Source of the DNA: an uncultured Chloroflexia bacterium
GTDB lineage: Bacteria; Chloroflexota; UBA6077; JACCZL01
NCBI GenBank assembly: GCA_963765765.1
Contig: CAVXYC010000002.1
Coordinates: forward strand, 32,001 to 96,000
Reading direction: 5' to 3'
Length of the DNA stretch: 64,000 bases
Made by a program: the position numbers and the translations under genes. Positions 8,879-19,584 of the stretch are shown here, piece after piece; the stretch's first letter is position 1, and every line of letters begins with the position of its first letter. A model generated the notes under the pieces. It was given only the letters and a program-made list of their open reading frames with translations, searched no databases and had not been told where the DNA came from.

Positions 8879-9943
8879 TTAAGAGCGACCTCCAGCTTTG
8901 GACGAAGGCTGAAACACCGCAAACGCCTTGTTGGAGTTGAACACATACGTCTCGATCCAGTCGAGCACATCAGCCTTGTAGTTCAGCTCGCTCATGGCGC
9001 CGGCGAGGCACACCCAATTGAGGAATTCCTGCTGGCCTGACTCCTCGATCTGAGCGACCGTGAGATCGCGCCAGTCACCGAATCGGCCTGTGCGTAGCTC
9101 ATCCACGCGGGCACGATCTGCATCCATGTCCGGATGGATCCAGGAGTGCTTGTCCACCAGGAACGCGTGCGACCAGCTCGACGATGCGACCAGCGCCACG
9201 CGATAGGGGCTGTCACGCATGATCCGCGCGGTGGCTCGGCCGATATCGAAACACCGCTTCGGGCTCGGAGAAGGCGGATCGACGGCCTCGTTGAATACCG
9301 CGTACTTCGCGTAGCCGTGATGGCGGATCACGCCGCTGCCGTAGCAGTTCACCGAGAACGGAATGACCGGATAGTCCAACCCACGCCGATCGTAATCGAG
9401 ATAGACGAGCGTGTTGATGTGCGCATGGCTGAGACCGTGCTTGTAGCTGGCCTTATAGGCGTAGGCAACATCGAATTCTTCCGCGAGAAGATCGCGAATG
9501 AGGCCCATGGCGGCGGCTCGATGACCTCGAACGGGCATAGTGAATGTCGGTGATTCATTCCAGACGTTAGGAACCTCATCCCAGCCACCGTGAAATGGGA
9601 CCGTGGGCTGTTCCTCGAACGCGTACACGCAAAACGCGGGTACAACCGTCTCGCGGAAGTTCTCGTATTGATCGTCGCCCCATATAAGCACGACGTCGGG
9701 TTTGAACGCGTCCAATTCCGCCCGCACCCGACGGAACCCTTCGATGTGACGGGCGCGGTGCATTGCCGCGGCGGTCTCGAGATCGGCCCACTCGCGCTGC
9801 ATGGTCTCGGGCCAGCGCTCGGGTAGCTTTCGCTCCGCCGGTACGGCGTCTTGCTTCAGCGTGTTCTTGAGAATGAATGCGAGGTCTCCTTGATAGAGCA
9901 TCAATGGGAAATGCGTCATTCCTATACCGAGAATCTCGCCCAC
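8879..9943 (-). CDS. LigB-type extradiol ring-cleavage dioxygenase
   Basis: GEILGIGMTHFP, PDVVLIWGDDQYENF, LSHA, SSSWSHAF, GQQEFLNW; GTG start at 9943. Confidence 0.85.
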   Translation of the reverse strand: MGEILGIGMTHFPLMLYQGDLAFILKNTLKQDAVPAERKLPERWPETMQREWADLETAAAMHRARHIEGFRRVRAELDAFKPDVVLIWGDDQYENFRETVVPAFCVYAFEEQPTVPFHGGWDEVPNVWNESPTFTMPVRGHRAAAMGLIRDLLAEEFDVAYAYKASYKHGLSHAHINTLVYLDYDRRGLDYPVIPFSVNCYGSGVIRHHGYAKYAVFNEAVDPPSPSPKRCFDIGRATARIMRDSPYRVALVASSSWSHAFLVDKHSWIHPDMDADRARVDELRTGRFGDWRDLTVAQIEESGQQEFLNWVCLAGAMSELNYKADVLDWIETYVFNSNKAFAVFQPSSKAGGRS

Positions 9944-10128
9944 GTCGGCCCCCTTGCCGTCTGTCGCTCGTTCCGATGAGCTTAGCGCATCGTCTACGAG
10001 CGTTGGCTCATTACGAGCAACCATCTCATTAATGACAATGTGGGCTGGTACAATCGCATCACCTCGGAGTGGTGGTCCGAGGGTGGGGTGAGATGGCCGG
10101 TCAGGAGGAACGGAGCCGCATTAGTCTG

Positions 10129-10433
10129 CTACTCCGACGCGCTGGCTTCGGGTGACCCCGGGCTGAGCGTGAGCGATTCTTCACGCTTGGCCTGGAAGGC
10201 ACGCTCCACGAGCTCCTTCACCTGGAGCGTGTGTCCGAGAATTTCGAGCAGCTTCTCGAGTCGATGGAAGGTCACTTGTTGGACCTTCAGAACATCGAGG
10301 ACGTGCAGACTGGTGGCATTACCGGATGGGTCGCACACGACGACAGCTCGAGGAGAAGCTGACGCTCTTTACGGTGAGCCCGAAACTTAATGACCTCATC
10401 GAAGGCGATCTCAGCACACCGTCGATTTCCATC
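10129..10433 (-). CDS. Small hypothetical protein (frameshifted)
   Basis: ORF 10129..10338 appears to continue in shifted frames to an ATG near 10433 (MEIDGV..EIAFDEVIKFRAHRKERQLLLE); no recognisable family. Confidence 0.4.
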
Positions 10434-10546
10434 AGGTCTACGCCACCGTTCTGGAGGATTGGTTCAACGCCTCCGCCCCGTCGGTTCTCGGGAGCAGCTT
10501 CGATCGATTGGGCGTCGTCGCGTAGGGGTGAGCCGGCACAGCTTCA

Positions 10547-11203
10547 TCACGATGCCTGCCTCTCAATCAGCGCACTTGCTTCGTCCACCGTCCTGACCCG
10601 CGCTAGGATCGGGAAGACGGTGTCCATGAAAAACTCGTTGACGCCGGGTTTGGTCGAGCGGCAGGTATCGCGCAGGATGATCAAGGTCAGGCCGTGGTCA
10701 CGGATTGAGTAGGCGGTGCTGGCAATGCCCACTTCGGTGGTGCCGCCGGCGAGGATCAGCGTGTCAATGCCAGCCGTACGCAGGCTCAATTCCAGGTGCG
10801 TCTGGTGGAATGAGCTCCGGCGATGTTTGGGATGACGTAGTCGTCGGGGCGCGGGGCGATCTCGTCGATAAGTTGTGTCGCCTGGCTTCCTGCGACTGAA
10901 CCCGGATCGGCGGTGCAGCGCGGTCCGCTACCCGGCTCGCCGTGATGACCAAGGTCGACAATTGTCCTCGGCCAATCCTTAAAGTCCGGCCGATGCTCTG
11001 GCCGGGTGTAGAAGATGCTTATGCCAGCGTCCCGACAGGCTCTCGATGCTTTGTAATCTCGGGATGTAACCAGATTCGTTCACGGCGGCTTGGGCTGCCG
11101 GATCTTCTGGATGAAGTGAGCTACTCAGGGTATCGAAGAACAGCATTGCTGTTTTGCTCGGGACGATCGGGAAGTCCATGAGTGCCTCCGGAGTGATGTT
11201 CAT
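10547..11203 (-). CDS. Isochorismatase/cysteine hydrolase family protein (multiple frameshifts)
   Basis: N-terminal KTAMLFFD; C-terminal LRTAGIDTLILAGGTTEVGIASTAYSIRDHG..LIILRDTC. Confidence 0.75.
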
Positions 11204-11493
11204 ATCGTGTCGTCGTACGCATCATCCGAATACGCCATGCAGGTTCGCACCCATTGCACAATTCCACCACATCGGACGGACGGTCATAATTCCCAGGCAT
11301 TGGTGGGGGTCTGCGGACTTGCCGCCGATTACACTGAGATCAGGGGGACGTGAAGCGAGGGCGGAGGCCTGGACTGAGACTTGCAATGCGAGCAGGAGCG
11401 GGGCTGGCGGTCCGCGTTCGGGTTGTGGTACCGGCGTAGTGAAGGGACAACGATGGGGCATTGGACCAATGGTGACACCGTGAGGCGCTCGGT

Positions 11494-13038
11494 ATGACGA
11501 TGGCTGTGCCGGCCAGCGCGCCCAACCCACTCCGCGAGGGCTTGCCTAACCTGCGCGCTGCTCCACCCGGTGTCATAGTCATCTTCGGCGCGTCTGGAGA
11601 TCTTACGCACCGCAAGCTTGTGCCGGCGCTCTACAACCTGGCCATCAGCCGTTTGTTGCCGGCGGAATTCGCCGTGGTCGGCTTCTCGCGTACCAAGATG
11701 ACCAGCGAGGAGTTTCGGGCTGGGTTACTCGAATCGCTCCAGCAGTTCTCCCGCACGCAGCCGATCGATCTCGAGATCTGGAAAAGTTTTTCCGAAGGAA
11801 TTATTTACAACCCCGGCGGGTTCGACAGCACTGCCTCCTATCAAGACCTGGCGCGCATCCTGGTGGAGCTAGATCAGAAGCGTGGTACGGGCGGCAACCG
11901 TCTCTTCTATATGGCCACACCGCCAAGCCTGTTTCCAGTCATCACCAAGAAATTGGGCGAGGCCGGGTTGAATCGGGGCGGTGTGCGCGGGGCGTTTTCG
12001 CGACTGATCATCGAAAAGCCCTTCGGGTACGATCTCACCAGCGCCAGGGCCCTGAATCGCACGATTCACAACGTGTTCAACGAACGCTCTGTCTATCGCA
12101 TCGATCATTACCTCGGTAAGGAGACCGTCCAGAACCTCCTGGCGTTGCGGTTTGCCAACGGCATTTTCGAGCCGCTCTGGAACCGACAGTACGTGGACCA
12201 CGTGCAGATTACCGTGGCGGAGAGCGTCGGCGTGGAGGAGCGCGGCGGTTACTACGACGACGCAGGGGCGTTTCGCGACGTCGTTGCCAATCACATGCTG
12301 CAGGTGCTGGCGGTCATGGCCATGGAGCCGCCGGTGGTAGCGGACGCCGAATCTATTCGGGATGAGAAGGTCAAGGTGCTCAAGTCGCTTCGCCCAATTC
12401 GCGGTGAGGCAGTCGACGAGTACACCGTGCGAGGTCAGTACTCCGCTGGTTACGTGAGCGGTAACGAAGTGCCGGGCTATCGCGAAGAGGATGGCGTGCG
12501 CCCCAACTCTTCAACTGAGACATTCGCTGCGCTCGAAGTTTATCTGGACAACTGGCGTTGGGCGGATACGCCCTTCTACCTGCGGCATGGTAAACGTATG
12601 CCCAAGCGCGTCTCGGAAATTGCCATCCACTTCAAGCGACCTCCGCGGATGTTTTTCCAGGGCGATGAGCGGATGGATCCGAACGTGCTCGTTCTTCGAA
12701 TTCAGCCGAACGAGGGCATCACATTGCGCTTCGCGGCGAAAGTGCCCGGGCCCACGATGATGCTGCGCGATGTCAACATGGACTTCCTGTACGGGAGCTC
12801 GTTTCTTCGCCAGTCTCCGGACGCGTACGAGCGACTCCTCCTCGATGCCATGCTGGGTGATACGACGCTCTTTATACGTGCGGATGAGGTGGAGCAGGCC
12901 TGGGCCTGGAGCGACCCCATCGAAGAGCGTTGGGCGGAGCATCCCGAGCGAACATTGCTCTACCCAGCGGGAAGCTGGGGACCGGATTCAACGATGGTCA
13001 TGATCCAGCGCAATGGGGTGACATGGCGACAACCATAA
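11494..13038 (+). CDS. zwf: Glucose-6-phosphate 1-dehydrogenase
   Basis: IFGASGDL..RKL.PAL, EKPFG, RIDHYLGKETVQN, YPAGSWGP. Confidence 0.97.
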   Translation: MTMAVPASAPNPLREGLPNLRAAPPGVIVIFGASGDLTHRKLVPALYNLAISRLLPAEFAVVGFSRTKMTSEEFRAGLLESLQQFSRTQPIDLEIWKSFSEGIIYNPGGFDSTASYQDLARILVELDQKRGTGGNRLFYMATPPSLFPVITKKLGEAGLNRGGVRGAFSRLIIEKPFGYDLTSARALNRTIHNVFNERSVYRIDHYLGKETVQNLLALRFANGIFEPLWNRQYVDHVQITVAESVGVEERGGYYDDAGAFRDVVANHMLQVLAVMAMEPPVVADAESIRDEKVKVLKSLRPIRGEAVDEYTVRGQYSAGYVSGNEVPGYREEDGVRPNSSTETFAALEVYLDNWRWADTPFYLRHGKRMPKRVSEIAIHFKRPPRMFFQGDERMDPNVLVLRIQPNEGITLRFAAKVPGPTMMLRDVNMDFLYGSSFLRQSPDAYERLLLDAMLGDTTLFIRADEVEQAWAWSDPIEERWAEHPERTLLYPAGSWGPDSTMVMIQRNGVTWRQP

Positions 13039-14198
13039 AGACTGATGCGATGTCTGCGCCGCATGCCATAAGCACTGATGCGGCGTCCACGCCGCACTCG
13101 TTGCGCGAGACGTGGCGCTCTGATACACGCGGTATAGGCCGCCTGGAATCGGAGCTTGTCAAGCTGGAGCATGCCCTCGCGCTCGCTCAGGCCGAGGGAG
13201 AGACGAGGCTTCCTGCCCGCACCAGCGTGCTCAATCTGGTGGTCTACGTGAAAAACGAGACCGAGCTTGAGCAAGCCAGCGACGCAGTGCTCAATCTGGC
13301 CGGTAGACATCCCTCCCGCGCGATATACGTGATGCCAGGGGCATCAACGTCGGGCGAGGTGGAAGCGGAGCTGCGCGCACATGCACTGCCCCAGAGCGAG
13401 GGCATTGAGCAGATCTTTGTTGAGGAGATCCGACTTCGCACCGGCGCGCTCAGGACAGGGAACCTTCCAGAGCTGCTTTCACCTCTGCTCATCGCCGATC
13501 TGCCCACGTACGCCTGGTGCCATGAGCTGAGCGGGGAGAGCTCCACGGTGCTCGCCGCGCTGGCAGAGCTGGCCGATCAAGTGGTGGTGAATTCGGCTGC
13601 AGCTCCCGATCCGGCTGCAGCATTACGCACATTGGGGCCCTTTGGGCGGCAGATCATAGACTTCACCTGGTTGCGGCTCTTGCCGTGGTGCGAGCTCACG
13701 GCGCAGTTCTTTGATTCTGAATCGGCGCGCCGGCACCTCGATCAGATCACGACGCTCCAGATCGAATATTCGGGCTCAATGGCTGCTTCGGTGCTCTATG
13801 CGGGTTGGCTGGCGGACCGACTGGGCTGGGAGCCCTTCAGTGAGGACCGTGCGCCGCTCGTTCGTTTCTTTCGGCCCAATGACGAGCCCGGGCAGTACGC
13901 GTTGGCGCAGCTTTTCCCATCAAATGACGTGACGCCTCCGCGTGGGACTATCCTGGGCATCATTCTCCAGGCCCAGCGACCCGCCGCTGCACCGGCAAAA
14001 TTTCAGATTCGCCGAAGCGCCTCGGGCTCATCTACTCAGACTATGAGTAGATTGCCGAACGGCCGTCAATCTGTGCGCACTGCGCCGCTTCCATCGCATG
14101 ATGTGTCGTCGCTCCTGGCCGAGGCCCTGGATCTCATGTCCCCCAGTCGGGTCTATCAATACGCGCTTGCTAAAGCCGTGAAAATGCTAGGCGGTTAG
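13023..14198 (+). CDS. opcA: Glucose-6-phosphate dehydrogenase assembly protein OpcA
   Basis: Overlaps zwf; RTSVLNLVV, RHPSR, PLLIADLP...W, D..W.RL.PW.EL.AQFFD, GWLA.RLGW. Confidence 0.9.
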   Translation: MATTIKTDAMSAPHAISTDAASTPHSLRETWRSDTRGIGRLESELVKLEHALALAQAEGETRLPARTSVLNLVVYVKNETELEQASDAVLNLAGRHPSRAIYVMPGASTSGEVEAELRAHALPQSEGIEQIFVEEIRLRTGALRTGNLPELLSPLLIADLPTYAWCHELSGESSTVLAALAELADQVVVNSAAAPDPAAALRTLGPFGRQIIDFTWLRLLPWCELTAQFFDSESARRHLDQITTLQIEYSGSMAASVLYAGWLADRLGWEPFSEDRAPLVRFFRPNDEPGQYALAQLFPSNDVTPPRGTILGIILQAQRPAAAPAKFQIRRSASGSSTQTMSRLPNGRQSVRTAPLPSHDVSSLLAEALDLMSPSRVYQYALAKAVKMLGG

Positions 14199-14258
14199 CG
14201 CGACTTCTCCGGTGGAAAGACGAGGCGCCCCATACGGTTTCGTTAAGCGGTGGGAGGC

Positions 14259-14336
14259 CGGTGGGACAGTCGTCTCCACTGTTCCCGTCTCCGATCGATC
14301 GTAATTCTCTGGACAGTCGAGACGACTGTCCCACCG
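14259..14336. repeat. GGTGGGACAG-type REP doublet
   Basis: cggtgggacagtcgtctc ... gagacgactgtcccaccg inverted pair. Confidence 0.75.
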
Positions 14337-14564
14337 ATTCACGGGCGATCTCCAGGCCTTATCTAAGCCGTATTAGATCGCGCTTGCCGCGTTCGCTCAC
14401 GTTTAGAGCGTCGTTCCAGTCGCTCGGCGCGGCTGTTCCGCCGGCTTCCAAAATTCACTCTGATGGGCCATAGCGAATCCCCACCCTAGGCGATGCCATA
14501 CGCGGGATAGTCGCGTAACCTGGGCGGAGTTGCCGCGCGCCGGTGAACAAGAAAAGGCAGGGAT

Positions 14565-15248
14565 GTGCAAGAAACCTCCGTGCGCGACGACGTCGTGCAG
14601 CGAGCCAAGGATGGAGACACGACGGCGTTCGCGGAGCTCTATGAGACATACGCTCCGCGACTCTACCGCTATTTCCTCCCGCGGGTAAGTGGGCACGCGC
14701 AAATCGCCGAGGATCTCACGGAAGAAGTCTTCGTGCGAGTACTCGAGCGATTCGATCAATACGAAGATCGCGGCCTTCCTTTTGGCGCCTGGCTCTTCCG
14801 CATTGCTCACAATCTGCTCATCGATTCCAGACGCCGCGCTCCGAATCAGCCGCACGTAGGCCTGGATGAGTGTGAGGAGATTGATTCTCCAGCCGCCCTC
14901 GGATCACTTGATCAGGCGCTGGACCACCATGAGCTCGGTCTGGCAATGAAGAGACTGACCGCGGAGCAGCAGCGAGTCATTCAGCTCCGGTTTCTGGACG
15001 GAATGACGATCGCGGATACCGCTCAGACGATGACCAAGACCGAGGAGTCGGTCAAGAAGCTGCAGGCGCGTGCGTTGCACGCTATGCGTCGCATGCTGGC
15101 CGAGCCGGTGGTGCCTCCACAGCGTGCACCTGAGTCTGTCAGCGATGCCACTGCATCCGTATCCGCGCCTGAAAGGGTGTCAGATGGCGCAGAGCGGCTG
15201 GCGCTTCTCCTTGCCGCCGCCATCCAGCGCATGAGGGGCCGGGTTTAG
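14565..15248 (+). CDS. ECF RNA polymerase sigma-70 factor
   Basis: AFAELYE.Y, AEDLTEEVF, WLFRIAHN..ID (region 2); LT.EQQ.VI.LRF..G.TI.DTA (region 4). Confidence 0.9.
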   Translation: MQETSVRDDVVQRAKDGDTTAFAELYETYAPRLYRYFLPRVSGHAQIAEDLTEEVFVRVLERFDQYEDRGLPFGAWLFRIAHNLLIDSRRRAPNQPHVGLDECEEIDSPAALGSLDQALDHHELGLAMKRLTAEQQRVIQLRFLDGMTIADTAQTMTKTEESVKKLQARALHAMRRMLAEPVVPPQRAPESVSDATASVSAPERVSDGAERLALLLAAAIQRMRGRV

Positions 15249-15269
15249 GTAGTTCTCTCCCCGACACCT

Positions 15270-15983
15270 ACCTACTGGACGCCTCCGCCGACTCGCGTAG
15301 CTCTGTCGGCTGAGGACGTCCATGGCTGGATAGCGAACCTGGACGTCGTCCGTATGAATGCGAGTAGGTTGCTCGCTATCTCTCTCCCGATGAGCATGAG
15401 CGCGCAGCGCGTGTACGGCTCACTCACGACCGGCAGCGCTGGACGGTGGCACAAGGCACGCTGCGAATGCTCCTGAGTATGTATCTCGATACGAGCCCGT
15501 GTCTGATCGAGCTTACCTATAGCCCCCTGGGGAAGCCGTCCGTCGCCTTTCACGGCGATCCCGATCTGCGCTTCAACCTTAGCCACTCAGACGATCTCGT
15601 ACTCTACGCCTTCTCACTGGATCGAGACCTGGGAGTCAATCTCGAGTCCTGTCGGCCGAACGACGATGAGCTACCGGTGGCCGAACGCCCTATCCCACAT
15701 GGATGAAACAGCTTTTATCACATCACAAAGCGGTCCGGATCGGCAGCGAGCGTTCTTGCGTTGCTGGACGGCCAAGTGGGCCTACTTCAAGGTCCGAGGT
15801 CTCGGCCTCACCACCGCCGCCCAAAACCAGGTTCGTGTCGTCGGCGAGGAGGAGGTGCACGCTCCGCGTGGCTTGAACGTGGTGCCTGTGGACCCGACAC
15901 TTGACGCGATCGCGATGGTGGCCGTCTACGGATCTACTCGAAAGATCGAGACCTGGAGCTGGCTCTCCCCGTTTAACCCCTGA
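15270..15983 (+). CDS. 4'-phosphopantetheinyl transferase, Sfp type (frameshifted or degenerate)
   Basis: GKP....DLRFNLSHS, LGVNLE and FLRCWT.K.AYFK..G.G split over 15446..15706 and 15666..15983; start approximate. Confidence 0.7.
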
Positions 15984-16118
15984 GCAAGCACACACCGGCT
16001 TCTTCACCGCGCTCATTCACTCTTCCCTGACTGAGTTACACTCTGCCTTCAGACACTGCATCGTGCGTGGGTTTGGTTGGCGCGTGATGCGCGACCTGCC
16101 TGGTGAAGGAGAACACTC

Positions 16119-17699
16119 GTGCCCCAGACTGGCGCTCAAGCTATTGCGCGTGCCCTCAAGCAACGCGGCGTGGACACTATCTTCAGTCTTTCCGGTAATC
16201 AAGTCCTGCCGCTCTATGACACGCTCCATAGCGAGGGCATCCGGCTCATCACAACCCGTCATGAGGCCACCGCGGTGCACATGGCGGACGTGGCCGCGCA
16301 GATCACACGTCGAGCGCAAGTGGCGCTGGTTACGGCCGGTCCGGGGCACACCAACGCACTGACGGCGCTGGGTGTGGCGCGCGCAAATGAGGCTCCTGTG
16401 CTTCTCCTGAGCGGCGCGGCGGATACGTCAGGACGGGGTACGCACGCATTCCAGGAGTTTCCCCAGGCGGAGGTTGCTCAGTTCTTCACTAAGTGGTCGG
16501 GCTATACGGACGTGGCGGCTGAGGCGGGCTCCTTGATCAACCGGGCGCTGGACCTTGCCGAGGCAGACGTTCCTGGGCCCGTTTCGCTGAGCATTCCGTA
16601 CGACGTCCAGCATGTCTCGGTCGATACTAATGTCGAGGTCGGTCGTATCCCGTCGCCGCACTGGGCGGCGGACACCTTGGAGCCGCTGGTCCAAGCGCTG
16701 AAGAAGGCGGAGCGGCCAATCATCCTCGCCAGCCCCTGGATGTCGCGTGATCCGCGGATGGCCGCGCTTGCCTCGGAGCATGGTTGGCCGGTCTTTGCTA
16801 TTGAGAGCCCGCGCGGCGCCGCCGACCCATACCTGATTGGCGCCGAGTCAGCGTTGCGAGAGGCAGACTGCCTGGTGCTTTTAGCTCCATGGGATTTCTC
16901 GGCTCGCACGGCGGACGTTCAGCACCCGCGCTCGCTGGGAATCATTCAGGTCTGGCCGGAGATTCGCGCCTCCAGCGATGGATTCACGGCGCTCCGGGCC
17001 AGGCCGACGCAAGCATTGGATGCGTTGGAGGGCACGGCGTTCCCTAATACCGGTGCCTGGGCACGGCAGGTGGAGGCCCGTCGGACGGAAGCGCGCGAGC
17101 GTATCGGTGCACAGCCGCTTCCTGCTGGAGTTTCGGGCGTGCATCCCTTCAAGCTCGCTGAGGCGGTGAGGCGGCGGCTGACCGCAGCCGACTATCTGAC
17201 GATGGACGGCGGCGAGTTTGTGTGCTGGCTGCGCCTCGGCGTTGCGCAGGGCCAGTGGCGGTCGTCTTGCAATGGCAAGTACGGGCCCGTGGGACCCGCG
17301 TTTCCGTATGCGCTCGGTGCGCGCGCGGCACTAGGCGAAGAACCCGCGGTTATTGCGTTCGCCGGTGATGGCGGTTTTGGCTACCACGCAATGGACATCG
17401 AGACCGCGGTTCGAGAACGGCTTCCTGTGATAGCGATCGTCGGGACTGACGGTTTGTGGGCGGCGGAATGGCACCTCCAGGCACGCCACTATGGCGCGGA
17501 TCGACGCGTGGGGACAGACCTGCGCATCTCCGAGTTCGAGACAATGGCCGCCGCTCACGGAGCAGTGGGAATCGGAGTGCGCAGCGATGCGGAGATTGAT
17601 TCCGCGCTGGACACCGCCTGGAGAGCGATGCGTGATGGGCGACCGGTGATTGTCAACGCATATATCGCCGCTCTGCCCAGCCCCTCGGCGCTGCACTGA
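16119..17699 (+). CDS. Thiamine pyrophosphate-binding enzyme (acetolactate synthase/acyl-CoA lyase-like)
   Basis: TGA..IA.AL...GV..IF, TRHEA.AVHMAD, TAGPG.TN, GDGGFG TPP motif. Confidence 0.88.
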   Translation: MPQTGAQAIARALKQRGVDTIFSLSGNQVLPLYDTLHSEGIRLITTRHEATAVHMADVAAQITRRAQVALVTAGPGHTNALTALGVARANEAPVLLLSGAADTSGRGTHAFQEFPQAEVAQFFTKWSGYTDVAAEAGSLINRALDLAEADVPGPVSLSIPYDVQHVSVDTNVEVGRIPSPHWAADTLEPLVQALKKAERPIILASPWMSRDPRMAALASEHGWPVFAIESPRGAADPYLIGAESALREADCLVLLAPWDFSARTADVQHPRSLGIIQVWPEIRASSDGFTALRARPTQALDALEGTAFPNTGAWARQVEARRTEARERIGAQPLPAGVSGVHPFKLAEAVRRRLTAADYLTMDGGEFVCWLRLGVAQGQWRSSCNGKYGPVGPAFPYALGARAALGEEPAVIAFAGDGGFGYHAMDIETAVRERLPVIAIVGTDGLWAAEWHLQARHYGADRRVGTDLRISEFETMAAAHGAVGIGVRSDAEIDSALDTAWRAMRDGRPVIVNAYIAALPSPSALH

Positions 17700-17770
17700 G
17701 GTTAATGGGACAAAAGGTACTTCAAGACTGCAGGAACATTCACCACCCGTACCTACACTCCTTGTCCCCA

Positions 17771-18552
17771 TCAGTGGCCTTTGAACTGGGGCTTGCGCTT
17801 CTCCACGAACGCCCGGGTCCCTCCTGAGCATCCTCGGTGAGCCCCACGAGGGCGCGGAGTGTGCCTTCAAGGCGTAGAGCATCTCCAAGAGGCATATCCT
17901 GCGCCCTGAATGCGATCTCCTTCACCGCCTGCAATGCGATAGGCGCTCCTTCGGCTAGGCGGTGTGCCAGGCTGGATACAGTCTCGCGGAGCTCCGCACG
18001 CGGAACGACTCGGTTTGCCAAACCCCAGCGCAAGGCCGTCTCCGCGTCCACTGAATCGCCGGTCATGAGCAGCTCCAGGGCAACGCCGAAGGGCGCCAGA
18101 CGGGCTAGCCGAACGGTGCCGCCGCTGCCGGCGAAGAAGCCGTGCCTGATCTCGGGAAGACCCATGCTGGCATCGTCCGAGCAGATGCGCAGGTCGCACG
18201 CCAGAGCCAGCTCGAACCCGCCTCCGAGGCAATAGCCATGCACGGAGGCGATGATCGGTTTCCAGATGGGCGGCGTTTTCCCAAGACTGCCGGGGATCGT
18301 TTGCTCCCAGACATCGCGCGTCCGCGGATCTCCGCTGCTCGCGCGTTCCTTGAGGTCAGCGCCAGCGCAAAAGGCACGCTCGCCGGCGCCCTGAAGTACC
18401 GCCACTCGGAGCTCCGGGTCGTTGCGGAACATAGCCCAAGCGTCCACCAGTGCCCGATGCATCTCCAAATTGATGGCGTTGAGTGACTCAGGCCGATTGA
18501 GCGTGATCCAGAAGACGCCCTCGTCGCGTTCGGTGATGAGTGTGTCGGTCAA
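17771..18552 (-). CDS. Enoyl-CoA hydratase/isomerase family protein
   Basis: TLNRPESLNA, RAFCAGADL, KPIIASVHGYCLGGGFELALACD, LPE; frameshift near 3' end (AFVEKRKPQFKGH*). Confidence 0.9.
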
Positions 18553-18568
18553 ACTTCGATTCCGTGAT

Positions 18569-19330
18569 TCAGGGAGTGGTGAGCACCGGGGTGAGAGGGA
18601 GCGGTACAGGGAACAATGGCCCGGAAGTATTCGTGGGCTTGGCAATCACGCCGATTTGCGGGGCGGGTGGGGGCGGCAGTGGCGTTGGAAGAACTGTTGG
18701 AATGGGAGCGGTGGCCGGAATGAGTGCGACCGCTGGGGTAGGTGGATTCGTTGGCGCCGCGGCCTGTACCTGAGCTCGCAATGCTGCCAACGGGTCTTCA
18801 ACCAACAGCGCTGGCGCGGCCGGGGCTGCCGGAGGTGGTGGAGCTGGCGCGGAAGCGAAGTTCGCCCCGGCGGCGCTCAATCGAGCCGCTTCGGTTGCAA
18901 GGACGAGCGGATCAACAGGGACCCCTGGTGCCACTAGACACGGCGCGTCGCAGAAGAGCACCGCCGAGACCTGGCTAAATGGAATGGGCTGCGGTCGTCC
19001 GGTATCGATGGTGACTTCGTCACGGCTCATGCTGACCACGCGACCCAGTACCTGCCCACCTGTGAGAAGCTGTACGACATCGACGCGATTCAACTCAGGG
19101 CCTGCCGGGGGCACGCGATCGGGTCCATCGAGCGCGATCCAATTCAGGAGCTCCCGCGGATACGAGGCGGCACCCATCATGGCCTTGTTGTCGGCAATTC
19201 CAGTGACGAGTCCGGGCGCCGGTAGAGCGGTTCTGAACGCGACGGTGTCGACCTGTCCCTGATTGCCCGGCGCGCTCAGCGCCACCGGATCGTTGAATAA
19301 TAGGCATATGAACGCGAGCACCGGGATCAC
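18569..19330 (-). CDS. Hypothetical exported protein with Pro/Ala-rich tail
   Basis: Hydrophobic N-terminus, small beta-rich domain (DVVQLLTGGQVLGRVVSMSRDEVTIDT), proline-rich C-terminus. Confidence 0.55.
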   Translation of the reverse strand: MIPVLAFICLLFNDPVALSAPGNQGQVDTVAFRTALPAPGLVTGIADNKAMMGAASYPRELLNWIALDGPDRVPPAGPELNRVDVVQLLTGGQVLGRVVSMSRDEVTIDTGRPQPIPFSQVSAVLFCDAPCLVAPGVPVDPLVLATEAARLSAAGANFASAPAPPPPAAPAAPALLVEDPLAALRAQVQAAAPTNPPTPAVALIPATAPIPTVLPTPLPPPPAPQIGVIAKPTNTSGPLFPVPLPLTPVLTTP

Positions 19331-19544
19331 TCCGGGTGTTTGACGGCGCGGGAGCGGTTCAATGTGAAGCGGGGATCATGAGAGATTTACAACAAGCGTC
19401 TACGTCGTCACACCCGAAGCCCCGATAGTCTAGCCAACCATATCACCTCGAGCAACACCATTACAGTCATGCATCAGATGGACGTTCGCTCCTACTGAGG
19501 TGATGTTCAACTGGTCTGGTTGAGTTGGCAGCGCTAGAATGCTA

Positions 19545-19556
19545 GAACGAGTGTTC
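19545..19556 (+). promoter_or_regulatory. LexA (SOS) box, GAAC-N4-GTTC
   Basis: GAACgagtGTTC just downstream of a TAGAAT -10 (19535-19540) and 28 nt upstream of ruvC. Confidence 0.8.
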
Positions 19557-19584
19557 TGACATTGGGCGGCGTTGAAAGGCCTAC

